Source of the DNA: Octopus sinensis
Taxonomy: Eukaryota
Direction: 5' to 3'
Assembly: GCF_006345805.1 (NCBI RefSeq)
Contig: NC_043002.1
Location: 81,840,001-81,904,000 of the forward strand
DNA length: 64,000 nt
Positions 63,973 to 64,000 of this stretch are shown piece after piece. Made by a program: the position numbers and the translations under genes. The first letter of the stretch is position 1, and each line of letters begins with the position of its first letter. The notes beneath the pieces were generated by a model that worked only from the letters and a program-made list of their open reading frames with translations, was not told where the DNA came from and ran no database searches.

Positions 63973-64000
63973 AAGTAGTGATGTTTTCCCTCATCAATGA

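Overview
AT-rich, microsatellite-dense eukaryotic non-coding DNA. The repeat families look to me like those of an octopod cephalopod (Octopus), which is recognition from memory and not a database result. I find no intact protein-coding gene, rRNA, true tRNA or CRISPR array. Nearly all ORFs in the track are microsatellite or repeat artefacts. The window is a mosaic of: several SINE-like families (labelled A, B, C, G here); two TTAA-flanked piggyBac-type MITE families (D, E); hAT elements with 8-bp target-site duplications (TSDs); decayed maT/Tc1 (about DD37D) and mariner transposons; and RTE, R4/Dong, CR1/Jockey-like and Penelope-like fragments, often nested with visible TSDs. It is probably one long intron or an intergenic region. 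The most interesting signals are: (i) a near-consensus branch point, pyrimidine tract and CAG|GTAAGT at 57244/57245, a candidate recursive-splicing ratchet point; (ii) several local template-switch products, namely a 177-bp templated insertion, a SINE-plus-flank duplication, two fold-back palindromes and a two-headed mariner; (iii) degenerate minimal hammerhead ribozyme motifs in Penelope-like repeats; (iv) AAT-microsatellite-centred clusters of SINEs and Dong-like elements. None of these is proven to be a new system; all need the checks listed.
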